Of a stretch of 64,000 nucleotides of DNA, positions 1 through 13,240 are shown piece after piece. This DNA is from the human T2T-CHM13v2.0 reference genome, Homo sapiens. The stretch lies in assembly GCF_009914755.1 (NCBI RefSeq), contig NC_060926.1, one strand, 5' to 3'. Position 1 is the first letter of the stretch. Each line of letters opens with the position of its first letter. The notes under the pieces are model-generated. The model worked only from the letters and a program-made list of their open reading frames with translations. It had not been told where the DNA came from and did not search any database. Made by a program: the position numbers and the translations under genes.

Positions 1-1596
1 GGGCAAAACTGCACTGCCTGAAAGTTTTATTGAGAGAAAAGAGAAAGAGCTTTATACACAGGGTGAAGAAATGGCACTCTTGGTGGTTAGAAAAGATGAT
101 AATGTCAGTTATAGGTAAGAGCTGGTGGAAATAGTACTACTCACAAGTTTTTATAGAAATCTGCATGTAGCATTCAACACGTAATGAATTACAATGGATT
201 TTTAAAAGAGATCGTAGTTTTAAAATGTAGCTTTGGGGTTGGGGAGATACTGTTCAAAGGATACAAAACCTCAGATAGGAGGAATAAGAAAAAGAGAAAA
301 AACTTATAGCCAATATACAAAAAAATTTCATTATAACATTTGTAAGAAAATATTCTAATCTTGAGGAGGAATGTCAGGCATATTTCGTGATGAGGGAGTG
401 GACAACCTAACTCTGTGTAATAGGGACCTGGGCAAGGCAATTTCAGAAAGAACTGCTGACAGGTTTTTATTGGCAAAATTTGCCAGGAGGCAAAGATGAG
501 GAGAAAGATGTCAAGGTTGAAAACTTTATTTTTTTTTCCCAGTAGATAACTAAATCCTCCAGGAATGAATTCTCTTAATAACAGTATTTGTGGTAAGTTA
601 TCTTTATTAGTAAAGAATAAAAATCCATCTACTGATTTTTTTAAAAATGGGCAATACCTAGCTATCAGAGGCTTCAAAAACTCATTTGTTTAATCCAGAG
701 ATACTGTGAATAAGGAGAGTAAATTAGAGAATGAGGAAATTTAATGAGTAGTTTAATGATATTTTTATCATACAGTTGGTATGAAAGGAAAATAAAAATA
801 TTATTATAGAAAGTTTTAAGGAATACAGTAAAAGCAGGTTTATTCCCTAATCTAACACTGCTCTTCAAACTCTCAATTAATTGGTACATCTTTATGTCTG
901 AAGAGCAATTTAAATTGTGGTTTGTAAGAAAGACCTTGAGATGGAGTGAGTTCCCAAGGCATTCCCAAAAGGGCTGAGTTCTGTAGTCTCAGAATTAGAA
1001 ATATTCTACCGTTGACAGTCATTGCATTCATGTTCCTGAGAAATGGTACTGCTAGCTGAAACAATGTAAGACACCTCTGACTTGACTTAACAGCATAGCG
1101 TAACTCTCCTGTTCACAGACCCTCTTGCAGAAATAACCTCAATCACCATATTTCGTGAACTATAAATGATATGCCTGGACACCAGAAAGCATTCTAAAGT
1201 ACATTTGGTCACTCAACAAGATCGCACAGTAACCAATCACCTGATAACATTCAAGGGCAAAAGCCCGCAACTAAATGTCTATCTTCATGATTCCTGCTAA
1301 TTTCTCCAATAACAAAGCAGATGCAAGAGCTCCCTCAGGGCAATTAATATTCAAGGGCTGCTTTAGCGGGAGAGTCTTGGTTTTCTTTAAAAGGATTTGG
1401 TGGAAGGTGGGGGGAACTTTTGGGGTCCTTTTTTTGAAACAAATATAGATGTTTGCTACACTCTCATCTTTTATTTCTTTCTGTCCTTCCCTCCTTCTCT
1501 CTCTCCCTTCCTCCCTTTCTTCTTCACTCCCATCTTTCTGTCTCTTGCTGTTTCTCTTGCTTTCCTTTTTTTTTTTAAGAATTGCCCTTAATGAGT

Positions 1597-1660
1597 GTGT
1601 TCCAGTTATCTAATGCTGTGTAACAAACCACCCCACAACCTAGTGACTTAAAATAACAAC
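1597..1660 (-). mobile_element. MLT1 (ERVL-MaLR) LTR terminal fragment
   Basis: GTTATCTAATGCTGTGTAACAAACCACCCCACAACCTAGTGACTTAAAATAAC resembles the reverse-complemented MLT1 LTR end. Confidence 0.6.
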
Positions 1661-2888
1661 AGAAAAGCCGTAGAGATAAGTTAGGTAGAGCACTAGACAG
1701 GAAGCCTGAGGTCTTGGGTTGAAGTGCTGGCCATGGCTTGTAACAAATTGATGCCATGAACGTGCCTATTTACCTCTCTGAAGATTTGCCTTTCCAAATC
1801 AGGGTCCTCTCCAGCTGCCTCCAGTCTTACAGCTATTCCCGCCCCTGCCAGGACTTCTGTTAATCAAGTTTTTGAGCACTCTGCTTCTTCAAAACAGAAT
1901 TTCTTCCTCCACCTTGAGTGCAGTCCCATCAGGCAATTAGAGACATATCTGACTTAAAAATATATGACCAAATCCTGATGTACACTTTAATACTTTGATC
2001 TATTATCACATTTATACAAAGGCAAAATGGCCCAACAATGGCCACACACGGAACTACAGACTCTTACAGCTGGAAGGTGATAGAAAGTTCCATAATGTTG
2101 AGTTTAATCCTAAATCCATAAAATTAAAAGCTATATATTCTATACTCTCTTAAGATAGAAGAATGCGAAAATCCCTTAGTCACTGGCTGATTTTCTTTTT
2201 CCTTTATCAGCTTTAAGATTGAATAAAATGTATGGGTATAAAATTTTCTACAAATCTTGCTTCACTTCTAATGAAAGTTGTCCTTGAAAGGAATCTCTTT
2301 GAGAGGCTAAACATTTATTCAGAGTATGTTTTGCTTAGTCATTTTACAAGATTACTTTTTGAATTGCTTTCAGAACTTTTTACCAAATTAGCTCTTTTTA
2401 CTTGATTATCCATTTGTTATTTTTATTTTCCTTCTCTTTGGGCATCACCTGGTTAGCATTCTTATCATCTGCCCTACCACTTTGATTCTGCCACTGGTGC
2501 CTACAGCTTTGTTGTGCTAGCAAAGACAAGAGAGACTCCAGAGATGACTCAGAGGGCCTTGGAGGATGTGGACCTTGTCTAGGAATGTGAATCGAGGAGC
2601 GTTTCATTAAGCAAATAAAAAACATATGGTCTAGACAACATTCATTTCAAAATGTTGATGTCTATTTTAAGTATTGTAAATACTTTGATGCAACTGACTT
2701 CCAGAAATGGGAAACATTTAATAATAAAGTGTTTATTCACTCAGCATAGTTCTAGGAGCTAGGTATAGGTCACTGGTTAAGACAGAGGAGGTCCTTGCTT
2801 TTATTGGAAGAAGAAAAACAACAAATAAACAAAAATAAGTATCAAATAGAGTTAAATGGTAAATAGAGAGAATGAAAAATGAGATATA

Positions 2889-3189
2889 GGCCTGTTGTGG
2901 TGGCTCAAGCCTGTAATCCTAGCACTTTGGGAGGCCGAGGCAGGCAGATCACAAGGTCAGGAGTTCGAGACCATCCTGGCTAACACTGTGAAACCCCGTC
3001 TCTACTAAAAATACAAAAAATTAGCCAGGCATGGTGGTAGGCGCCTGTAGTCCCAGCTACTCAGGAGGCTGAGGCAGGAGAATGGTGTGAACCCGGGAGG
3101 CGGAGCTTGCAATGAGCCAAGATTGCACCACTGCACTTCAGCCTCGGTGACAGATCGAGACTCCGTCTCAAAAAAAAAAAAAAAAAAAA
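2889..3189 (+). mobile_element. AluY, full length
   Basis: Dimeric Alu with AluY diagnostics GAGACCATCCTGGCTAACAC and GAATGGTGTGAACCCGGGAGGCGGAGCTTGCA; pure A tail; TSD AAAAATGAGATATA (2875-2888) / AAAAATGGGATGTA (3185-3198). Confidence 0.95.
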
Positions 3190-3516
3190 TGGGATGTAAC
3201 TGGGGGCGACTGAGTGGTAACTTTGGCTAGGGATGAGGGAAAGCCTCACCAAGGATGGGGAGTGCAAGCTGAGAGCTGAAAGAGAACACGTGGCCTATGT
3301 GGCTATTTGAGGGAAGAGAGTCCCGGTGGATAGGACAGCTGGTACAAAGGCCCCAAGGCATGATCAGAAAGAAGAGCAAAGTGAAAGGATCACAGTGGGA
3401 GGGAACTGAGATGGTCAAATAGGGGCCAGATTATTACAGTGTTGAAAGGCAGAATAAGGAATGTTTGGGTATGATGATGGGGTGGCATGTTATGACTTCT
3501 ATGTCAAAAAGTCACT

Positions 3517-4511
3517 GAAACTTGGAAGCAAGGAAGATGTCCTTCAGCAGGTGATTAGATAAACAAGTGTTGGTAGATCCATACCATGGAATATTTATTA
3601 TTCATTGATAAAAATGAATGAGCTATCAAGCCAAGAAAAGACAATGGAAAAACCTGAAATGCATATTGCTAAGTGAAAGAAGCCAATTTGAAAAGCCTAC
3701 ACATTGTAAGACTCCAACTATATGACATTCTGGAAAAGAAAAATTATGGAGACAGTAAAAAGATTAGTAGTTGCTAGGGATTTGGGGGGAATGAAGGAGG
3801 GATGGACAGGTGGAGCACAGAGGTTTTCTAGGACAGTGAAAGTATTCTGTATAATACTGTAATTATGGATACATGTCATTATATATTTGTCAAAACCCAC
3901 AGATAGTACAGTATGAGTGAACCTTAATGTAAACTATGGACTTTAATTAATTGTAATCTATTAATACTGGTTCATCATTTTTAACAAATGTACGTGTCTC
4001 AACCCACTTTTTGTTTCTATAACTGAATACCACAGATGGGATAATTTATAAAGAATAGAGGTTTATTTAACTCATGGTTCTAGAGATTGGGGAGTCCAAG
4101 AGCATGGCACTGACATTTGGTGAGGGCCTTCCTGCTGTGTCATGATATGGAGGAAGGCATTACATGGCAAGAGAGCAAGAATGTGCATATCAGTTCAAGT
4201 ATCTCTTCTTTGTATAAAGCACCAGTCCCATGATGGGGGACCCACCCTGGCCTTTTCTTATTCTAATTACCTCCCAAGGTCTCCACCTCCAGTCAACATA
4301 TGAATTTGGGGATTAAGTTTCCAACACATGAAATCTGGAGGAGACATTCAAACCATAGCAGTACCATTCTAATACAAAATGTTAATAATAGAGGAAGCTG
4401 GGGGAGAAGGGAGAATGGGATGGGGAGAAGGTATATGGGAACTCTTTACTTTTCACTCAATTTTTCTATAGACCTAAAACTTCTCCAAAAAAAATTAATT
4501 CAATGTTTTTT
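3517..4511 (+). mobile_element. L1MC-type 3' end, 5'-truncated, split by an LTR
   Basis: L1M 3' motifs (GCATATTGCTAAGTGAAAGAAGCCAAT, ATATGACATTCTGGAAAAG); perfect 11-bp TSD AAAAAGTCACT at 3506-3516 and 4512-4522. Confidence 0.85.
3995..4360 (-). mobile_element. MST/MLT1A-type MaLR solo LTR
   Basis: TG...CA ends (TGTCTC...AAACCATAGCA), MaLR motifs, 5-bp TSD GTACG/GTACC. Confidence 0.85.
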
Positions 4512-5336
4512 AAAAAGTCACTAGAGCTGATATTTATAACGGGATTATAGAGTGAAGAGTGGTTGTAGGAAGACTGTTGGGGAGGCAGTTGCTGCAGTCT
4601 GGGTAAGGGGTACATGGCCTGGACTCTAGAATGGAGGGGAGTCAGGAGGGAGGAGATGGGAAAATGGAAAGATCTAGAGCATATTTTGGGAACTAGGTCA
4701 ACAGGACCCAATCCTGATGGCCTGAATATGAGGGCAAAAGAAAGACAGGTGTGGGGCTTAAGCAACTGAGTAAATGGTGAGAAATTCCTATTAGACACAC
4801 CCGTTTAGACATCAAGCAGTTGGTTGGATATACAAATTTGAAATTCTGGGGCCAGTTCAGGACTGAAGATAGAGATCTGGAATTGATCAGAATATAAATG
4901 ATGTTTAAACCCACAGGACTGGATAAAATCAGCAGGAAAGGGAGAATAGATAGAGGAAGAAAGTGGACCCAGTCTTGGCTGCTCAGCATTTCAACACGGG
5001 GAAGTAGGGCAGCCAGGAATGGGTGAGGGAGGCTGAGAAGGAGCAGCCAGGAAGTAGGAGAAATCTAGGAGAGTGTGGTGTCCAAAAGCCAAGAGAAGAA
5101 CTGTTTCGCCCTGAAGAATTGTATCTAGGCTCAACTCTGAGCTGGAGTTATTCACAAACACCCAATCAGATGAAGCAGACTCCTTCAGACAGCAGGCTCT
5201 CCACATCTTTCGAGGTCAATTTTGCTTTCATCAGCAAAGGGACTACAGTGCATCTCCTCTGAACTGAGGCTTTGCCCTTGGGTCCTCACATTAAGTCTTC
5301 TTTTTCAGGGAGCCACACAAGTTTATCGGTTTACAG

Positions 5337-5677
5337 CAGGGGCTGGCAACATACAGCCCAAGGACCAAATTGGCCTGCCTCCTGTTTTTATACAGCCCAT
5401 GAGCTTAGGATGGTTTTTGCATTTTTAGATGATTTAAAAAAAAAACATTTTGTGACACATGAACATTGTAAGAAATTTGAATTTCAGTGTCCACAAATAA
5501 AATTTTATTAAAACCTAGCCATGCTCATTTGATTGGTATTTTCTATGGCTCCTTTTACATCACAACAGCAGAAGTGAGTAGTTGTGACAGAGGCTGTATA
5601 GCCTGCAAAGCTTAAGATATTTGTTACCTGTTCCTTTCCAAAAAAACACCAAAAACAAAAAACCTTTCTGATTCCTG
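5337..5677. mobile_element. MER58B-like hAT-Charlie non-autonomous DNA transposon
   Basis: CAGGGG...CCTG termini, MER58-like internal sequence, perfect 8-bp TSD GTTTACAG (5329-5336, 5678-5685). Confidence 0.88.
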
Positions 5678-6014
5678 GTTTACAGCACAAAATCTAAATT
5701 ATCATGTGTGAGAAATGTCAGGACATTAGCTTATCTATGCTCATCACGGGTCCTAATGAACACAGTTTAACCCGATGTCTTTTTAAAAAATAATGTCACC
5801 ATAGTTCACACACCCTTATACTACTTACAGGAGCATTTCCTCAAACAGTGACATCCAGATTTCTGCTTCCAGTTGTGACTTCTGCCCTGAGTTTCTCGTT
5901 GCATGTTCACCTGTCTGCTAGATGCATTCACTTGGGGAATCCTTAAACTCAACGTGTTCAAAATGGAACTAGTTACCTTCCCCTGAAAGTCTGTTTCACT
6001 TTATTATTTCTTAG

Positions 6015-7106
6015 TGTGGTATAATCAAACACATATGTTTGGCCTTTGCCCCCAGTTTCCGGCACAGACCTTCATAAACTCTTGGAATTTTCTGATTCAG
6101 AGGAGTGTCGTCTGTCTTTTGCTCCTTTCAACCACACCCGAGTTTATGCTAATGAGGTGACTCCCAGTGGGCCCTTGGATAGTTTCAAGAAAGGGGTTGG
6201 CTATGCCAGAAAGACTAAGCTTGCGATTAGAGGGCTAGAGTTTTCAGCCCCACTCCTGACCTCTAAGGAAGGGAGGTTGAGTTTAGTCATGTGGCCAATG
6301 CTCTAACCAATCATGCCTACCCGAAGAAACCCCAGAAACCCAGAACTCTGAAACGAGGAGGCTAGGGGGCTTCCTACTTGGTGAACATCCTGTTTAGGGA
6401 AGATGGTGAACCCTGAGTCCATGAAAACAGAGGTCCCTATGTTCAGGACCCTCCCAGACTTGCTCCAGGTACCTCTTCATCTGCCTGTTTATTTGTATCC
6501 TTTATAATAAAACAGTAATCCTAGGCTGGGCATAGTGGCTTCACACCTGTAAGCCTAGCACTTTGGGAGGCTGAGGCAGGAAGATTCCTTGAGACCAGCC
6601 TGGGTAACATAGGGAGACCCCCATGTCTACAAAAAATAAACAAAAATTAGCTGGGCGTGTTGGTGCACAGCTGTGGTCCCAGCTACTTAGGAGGCTGAGG
6701 TGGGAAGATTGCTTGAAGCTGGGAGGTTGAGGATGCAGTGAACCGAGATCACACCATTACACTCCAGCCTGAACATCAGAGCAAGACCCTGTCTCAAAAA
6801 TAAATACATAAATAAATAAAACCCAGTAATTCTTAAGTGTAATGCTTTCAGTGAGTTCTGTGAATCATTTTAAGCAAATTATTAAACCAGAAGTGAGTTG
6901 TAGGAACCCTCAAATTTTAAACAGAACTCTGGGGGACTTCTGTTGCATGGGGACTCTGCTTGTGGTTAGTGTCTGAAGTGGGGGTAGTCACGTGGGACTG
7001 AGCCTCTTAACTTGTGAGGTCTGTGCTAATTTTACATAGTTAGTGTCAGAATTGAACTGAGTTGTAAGGTGCCCCGTTGGTATTGGAGAACTAGTGTTAG
7101 AAGGTA
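6015..7106 (+). mobile_element. MER21-type ERVL solo LTR containing an AluJ
   Basis: Starts TGTGG; MER21-like motifs (GAGTTTATGCTAATGAGGTGACT, GTTAGTGTCAGAATTGAA); 5-bp TSD CTTAG at 6010-6014 and 7107-7111. Confidence 0.75.
6524..6820 (+). mobile_element. AluJ
   Basis: Diverged dimeric Alu with J-type GGGAAGATTGCTTGA and GACCCTGTCTC; (TAAA)n tail; degenerate TSD AAAACAGTAATCCTA / AAAACCCAGTAATTCTTA. Confidence 0.9.
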
Positions 7107-10100
7107 CTTAGTTAAAAGCTGTACCATCCAAGCTGTCATCCAAGGTAGAAATCTAATATATTTCAGACTTGTTTCATCCACCTTCCACATTCAATCGCTA
7201 AATAATGCTGATTTTGCCTCCTAAATACGTATTGACTCAGCCTCCCTATCTCTGACCCCTCATCTCCCTCTCTGACTACCACTGCCCTAGTTCAGACATT
7301 TAGTGACTCTCACACGAGCAGGTAGAGTAGCATCCCTAGGGCCCTCCCTAGCAGCAGTCTTGTCCCATTTCAAATTGTTCCACTATGTTTTAACTAGTGA
7401 TCTATTGAAAAATGCAGATCTGGCCAGGTCTTAACACCATTCAAACACTGCCTCCCACCAACAGCAATCGTTCTGAAGCCTGATGTGAGACACAATCACT
7501 CATGAAGTATCTGAAAAATGCAGATGCGTAGGACACATCTCCGTTAATGCTGAGATGGAGCTAGGACCCACCTGAAGGACCTGATAGCTTTTTCCTATGG
7601 TTTTTCTATTAGACTCCTCAAGTATTTGTTCTCCAGTATTCAGAATTTATGCTGGTGAAGAATTATGGAATTTTTGAGTTATTTCTGTGACAAGAAAAAG
7701 AGAAAAATCTTCCATCCTACTACTTAAATAACACTTCATGGAATTTCATCATTCAGAAACATTTAAAATACAAGTATTTGGCAAACCTTCTATACCCAGT
7801 CTTTTTTTGATTCAGACTGCAATCTGATGACTGATCAAAGCTTGCAAAATGTGAATTCAGGTTTCCAAATCTGGCTGCATCTTACCTGAGGTAAACCCTA
7901 TTCTGAGACAGCTTTTTTAAACTGTCAGAAGAATGCATGTCTTCGGTAATGGGAGGGTCGCCTTCAACCAAAGAGAGAACTCAGGCAGGAGAATGCATTT
8001 GCAAGGTTCTACATTAGAATTCTGCAGATGTGGTGGGATTCAGTGCCATTCTCTATCAGGGATGTTGCTCTGTTAGACGGGGATAATTCTGTAATAGCTC
8101 ACCCACATGGATTATCTATTCCTCTAACATCTTAGGTAATTTAAGCACTACTTCTATTTTAAAAGAAATCATTAACTTTATCAGCAATACACAGGTGACT
8201 TGACCTTAAACTTAGGTAATTATAATAATGAAAGAGCTAATACCACATTCACAAGCATGTGCAGACCCTCTCTCATTGCCTATTGTCTAGAAACCATTAT
8301 GCTGCATGTAGCTCTCTTTCTGTTCCCCGTTTCCTTGGCTCCCTTCCAAGATTCAGTCTGTTATTATTGAAACTCTCTTTGAATGTTGGTATGTTGGTAT
8401 TTTTGTGCTCTGCCTTGTATGACTTATGGATTTTTTTTCCTTCTTGGTATGATATTTTCCATATCCATTCACAGCCATTATTCATTCCACATGCTGCAAA
8501 TATAATGCCCACCTAATCAATCACCACTTCTGCATTTGAAAATAAAACCATCCTTTCTTTATTATATTAGGCAAATTAGTCAAATGAGTGTTTTCTAAAA
8601 CTTGCTGCCTTTTTAGGGCCCTTGGCTCTCAGCCTGCCTTTCTCTACTGCCTCCTCCCCCTTCCTCCTCCTCCTGTTTGCAAACAGTATCAATTCCCATT
8701 TACTGGTGTTCAGGGTGGATTCTGATCCTCCCGACTTTGTCATCGGCTTTGAAGATCAGACGTCCTTCCTTCGGAGGACCCCTTTCCAAGAGGCTGAGTG
8801 GGTGGCGAAACTGTCAGAGAGAGAGGTTCATCTCCTTCTCCCTCTGTGATGTGGCGGTGAAGCCCCTTGGAATGAAAAAATAAACTCTCTCCTGTCTGGC
8901 TGGTTTTACTTTCAGAAAACACAGCAACCATATAATCAATATTAATCACTGAAAATGACAAAATGCCATTGTTGATGGTTTGCTTGAAATCTAATAAAGA
9001 AAAAAAAACAAAACAAAACTCCAAAGAATGCCAAAGAATAATGCAGCTTATGTACTTAATTCTTTCCTTACCAGTTCTCCCCAAGTCCACATTTTCCTTA
9101 GTTTTTCCATTTTAGCTTATGTTTAAGAGGGATTTCTTTGTTTTAAGAAACCAGGGTCCTTTTGTGCCAATCTCAACATTTTTGTCAATTAAGCCTCTTT
9201 AAGGGAGAGAGAGCACAGTGAAGCATCTGCTACCATAAGAAGTCTTTTGGCCAAAGCTTGTTACAGGGAACTCTGTCTAAACTATTGTCCTGGCAAAGCA
9301 AATGGCTCTTAGAATCGTGGTTCTTTCTAATGTATGTGTTTATGAGCAATTAAACTCCAGTTTTAGGGAAGACTTGCTAACAGCATACATTATTTTAATA
9401 GACATACAGTACTACTTTAAACCGTCTTCGCCATCTGCTCATCATGATTATAAATGCAAAAAGAACATATTTTACATTAGCATCAGAAACTAGTGCGATA
9501 TTAGGGATTGAAATGCCCATATATGCTCTTTGTTCAATACCGAATGCATCTGTGCTATTTTCCTTTTCTTTCCACAATGCAAATTAGAGAAAGAAGATGC
9601 TTGCTCCTTGTGGACTATTTCCTGACATGGAAGATAATTTCCATGAGGGAAATTCATTAGGAGGGGATTTTGACTTACTATTCAACCAAATATGCCTTTA
9701 AAACTATATGAGCTGATGTGTCTGGCTCTTGCTGGGCGTATTTGGCTATCTTAGCTCCTAGGAAATGAAGGAGAAAAAACAATACATCAAGGGCAGTGAA
9801 TCTACTGTAATCTTCTTTAATGTCCATCAGGGATACAATGTATAATGTATAATGGGGTAAGTGTTTCTTCTCTGTAAATAAAATTTAAAATACATGGGAT
9901 GCACATGCATTGGTGGAACACTTAATAGAGTTGGAAAAGCATCTGGATAGGCATACGCTGTCTTTTTCATCTGCATCTTTATGGCTGGATGGTCTTTCTA
10001 AATGGAGAATAATACCATCATAATGTTGGAGGAAGCAGGGATGAAACACTCAGTTCTGTTTTCTTAGCTGGCCTAGTCAAAGCAACCATATAAACATATT

Positions 10101-11697
10101 CATGTCGAAAGAAATGGTAGAAATGAATTCATTAGACTCCCCACCAAGTAGGATTTTTAGCCAGAGTCTAGAAATGTAGGCTGAAGGAAAGGATGCTCAG
10201 AACGAGTTAAAAGATGCTCAGTAGTAGAGTCCACTTGAAATAATGTATCCCCCACTTCAGGAGCAAACTTGATTTATCATTTGCTTGAAGAGCTCAGTTC
10301 ACACTGCATATCCAGTTCAACAGAGTTAAGATCGAAGGAGAATAACCATTTCCCCTGGGCTTATTAACTGTATTTCTGGGTTTTTGTTTTGCATTTTGGC
10401 CATGTTGGTGGGCATTGAATGATAAAGGCACGCATTGTAGGATGAGAAATGTTATGTACAAGGAAAGACGAGCTGTATGTGTTCATTGACAACCAGTGAT
10501 TATAGCTATGATCTATGCAACCAGGTAAACATCACCTCAGATGACTGCCCCCCAGGTGACAGAACCAAGACCTGCACTGGTCACAGACAGAGTTCCCAGA
10601 GGCAGAAAGCCATCACTGTTCTCTCTCCTCAGTTCTAGGTTAAAAAAATATAATGCTTAAAATACGAGATGCTACAAGAAAATATCTGGTTTCCCTTGAA
10701 GTAGCCCAATCTTGTAATTCTCTGGAAGACTGCCTCCCGGCCTTGGCTGCTGTTCTTTTGTGTAAGGGCTCAATTTTTGAGACTCTGCCTCCTAAGTGTG
10801 TACAATGAACTAACCCAGCGTCAAGACCAGCTTCTCTCAAGTACCACATTCTCCACATTACTCTAATCAGAAGTATTCAGTGGTATCCACAGCTCATGTT
10901 TGAGGTCCCTGCTGAAGTCTCTGTTCACAAGATCCACCATCTTTTTGTTCTAATCCCAAGACTTGTCTGATCTATTCCATCTCTCAGGCCTTCCATGCTT
11001 CCCCTGGGATCATGACAGGACTTCTGGATCTCCACATGCAGACTGTGAGGATCTGAGGGACTCTATCTCAGACCTTCTCTGGGGGTTACCAGTACAGTTA
11101 CATGCCACACTGCCATATTCTCCTGCAACAATGCTTGTTGGTTTAGGGACCTGCAAGGTGGTCTCTTCCCTTAATTTCAACGGAAATCAAGACCCAAGCC
11201 CTCATTAGTGTATCTTGGGTTTCTGTCATCTTGCACGCTCTCTAGCCCAGGGCCAAGACTGAGAAACCCAGGTCTTTCTTATAGGTATAATTAGTGCTCT
11301 AACACCAGGTTTGTGTCCTCTGTACTCCTCCTCCTTCTCCTCTGCCCTCCCCCTCCTTGTCATTTTTGAAAGGACTTTTCTTCTTTCATGGTTTTAAGAA
11401 TTTTCCTTACACCATACCCTGCATGCCATCCTCCCCCTGTGGTAAATTGTAAAAACTCTGCTCCTCTCACTTGAGATCCTTGAAATCCACCAATCCTTTC
11501 TTCCTTCAGCAAAGGTTAGCTCTCACAAATGAAAGCCTGGGCTTTCACAACTTTTAGACCTGAAACAGGAAGGAGAAAATAGCATCCTCCCCAAATTCAG
11601 GGCTATATTCTGCCCTTCCCTAAAAGAAGGATGATTTCAGCTCCAATGGATGGAGAATTGCAAAGTAGCAGGAATTCGGGTGAATAAAAATTACCTA

Positions 11698-11955
<258 letters not shown>

Positions 11956-13240
11956 TCAATGCAGAAGGCAGGTGATTTCTGCATTTTCAACTGAGGTACC
12001 TGGCTCATCTCATTGGGACTGGTTAGACAGTGGGTGCAGCCCACGGAGGGCAAGCAGAAGCAGAGTGGAGTGTTGCTTCACCCGGGAAGCACAAGGGGTT
12101 GGGGAACTCTCTCCTCTAGCCAAGGGAAGCCATGAAGGACTGTGCTGTGAGGGATGGTGCATTCTGGCCCAGATACTATGCTTTTCTCATGGTCTCTGCA
12201 ACCCACAGACCAGGAGATTCCCTCAGGTGCCTACACCACCAGGGCCTTGGGTTTCAGGCACAAAACTGGGCAGTGATTTGCGCACACACCAAGCTAGCTG
12301 CAGGAGTTTTTTTTTTGTACCCCAGTGACACCTGGAAAGCCATTGAGATAGAACCATGCACTGCCCTGGAAAGGGGGGCTGAAGCCAGGGAGCCAAGTGA
12401 TCTAGCTCAGCAGATCCCACCCCCACAGTTGCAGCAAGCTAAGATCCACTGGCTTGAAATTCTCACTGCCAGCCCAGCAGTCTGAAGTTGCCCTGGGATG
12501 CTCAAGCTTGGTAGGGGGAGGGGCGTCCACCATTACTGAGGCTTGAGTAGGCAGTTTTCCCCTCACATTGTAAACAAAGCTGCCAGGAAGTTCTAACTGG
12601 GTGGAGCCCACCACAGCTCGGCAAAGCTGCTGTAGCCAGACTGTCCCTCTAGATTCTTCCTCTCTGGGCAGGGCATCTCTGAAAGAAAGACAGCAGCCCC
12701 AGTCAGGGGCTTATAGATAAAACTCCCATCTCCCTGGGACAGAGCACCTGGGGGAGGGGGGCGGCTGTGGGCACAGCTTCAGCAGACTTAAATGTTCCTG
12801 CCTGCTGGCTCTGAAGACAGCATCGGATCTCCCAGCACAGTGCTCGAGCTCTGCTAAGGTACAGACTGCCTCCTCAAGTGGGTCCCTGACCCCTGTGCCT
12901 CCTGATGGGGAGACACCTCCCAGCAGGGGTCGACAGACACCTCATACAGGAGAGCTCTGGCTGGCATCTGGTGGGTGCCCCTCTGGGACGAATCTTCTGG
13001 AGGAAGGAGCAGGCAGCAATCTTTGCTGTTCCACAGCCTCCCCTGGTAACGCCCAGGCAAACAGACTGGAGTGAACCTCCAGCAAACTCCAGCAGTCCTG
13101 CAGAAGAGGGGAGTGACTGTTAGAAGGAAAACTAGCAAATAGAAAGCAATAGCATCAACATCAACAAAAAGGACGTCCACATAAAAATCCCATCCGAAAG
13201 TCACCATCATCAAAGACCAAAGGTAGATAAATCCATGAAG

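Larger units (their letters stand above)
2730..5110 (-). mobile_element. L2 LINE relic interrupted by AluY and by an L1MC/MST nest
   Basis: Purine-rich L2-antisense-like segments at ~2730-2888, ~3198-3516 and ~4523-5110 read collinearly once the inserts are removed. Confidence 0.7.
5850..7460 (+). mobile_element. L2 relic split by a MER21 LTR
   Basis: L2-like CCTTAAACTCAACGTGTTCAAAATGGAAC before 6014; L2-like sequence resumes after 7111. Confidence 0.6.

Noticed and set aside
189-677. 162-aa minus-strand ORF
   Set aside because: F/L/I-rich composition from AT-rich DNA, overlaps an L1M 3'UTR fragment (~232-290), no recognisable domain
7882-7894. Palindrome TTACCT-G-AGGTAA giving splice-donor-like motifs on both strands
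   Set aside because: 6-bp arms are expected by chance and I found no convincing paired acceptor
8703-8865. Possible minus-strand coding exon after TTTTTTCATTCCAAG
   Set aside because: All three frames hit stops before the weak CCA|GTAAAT donor
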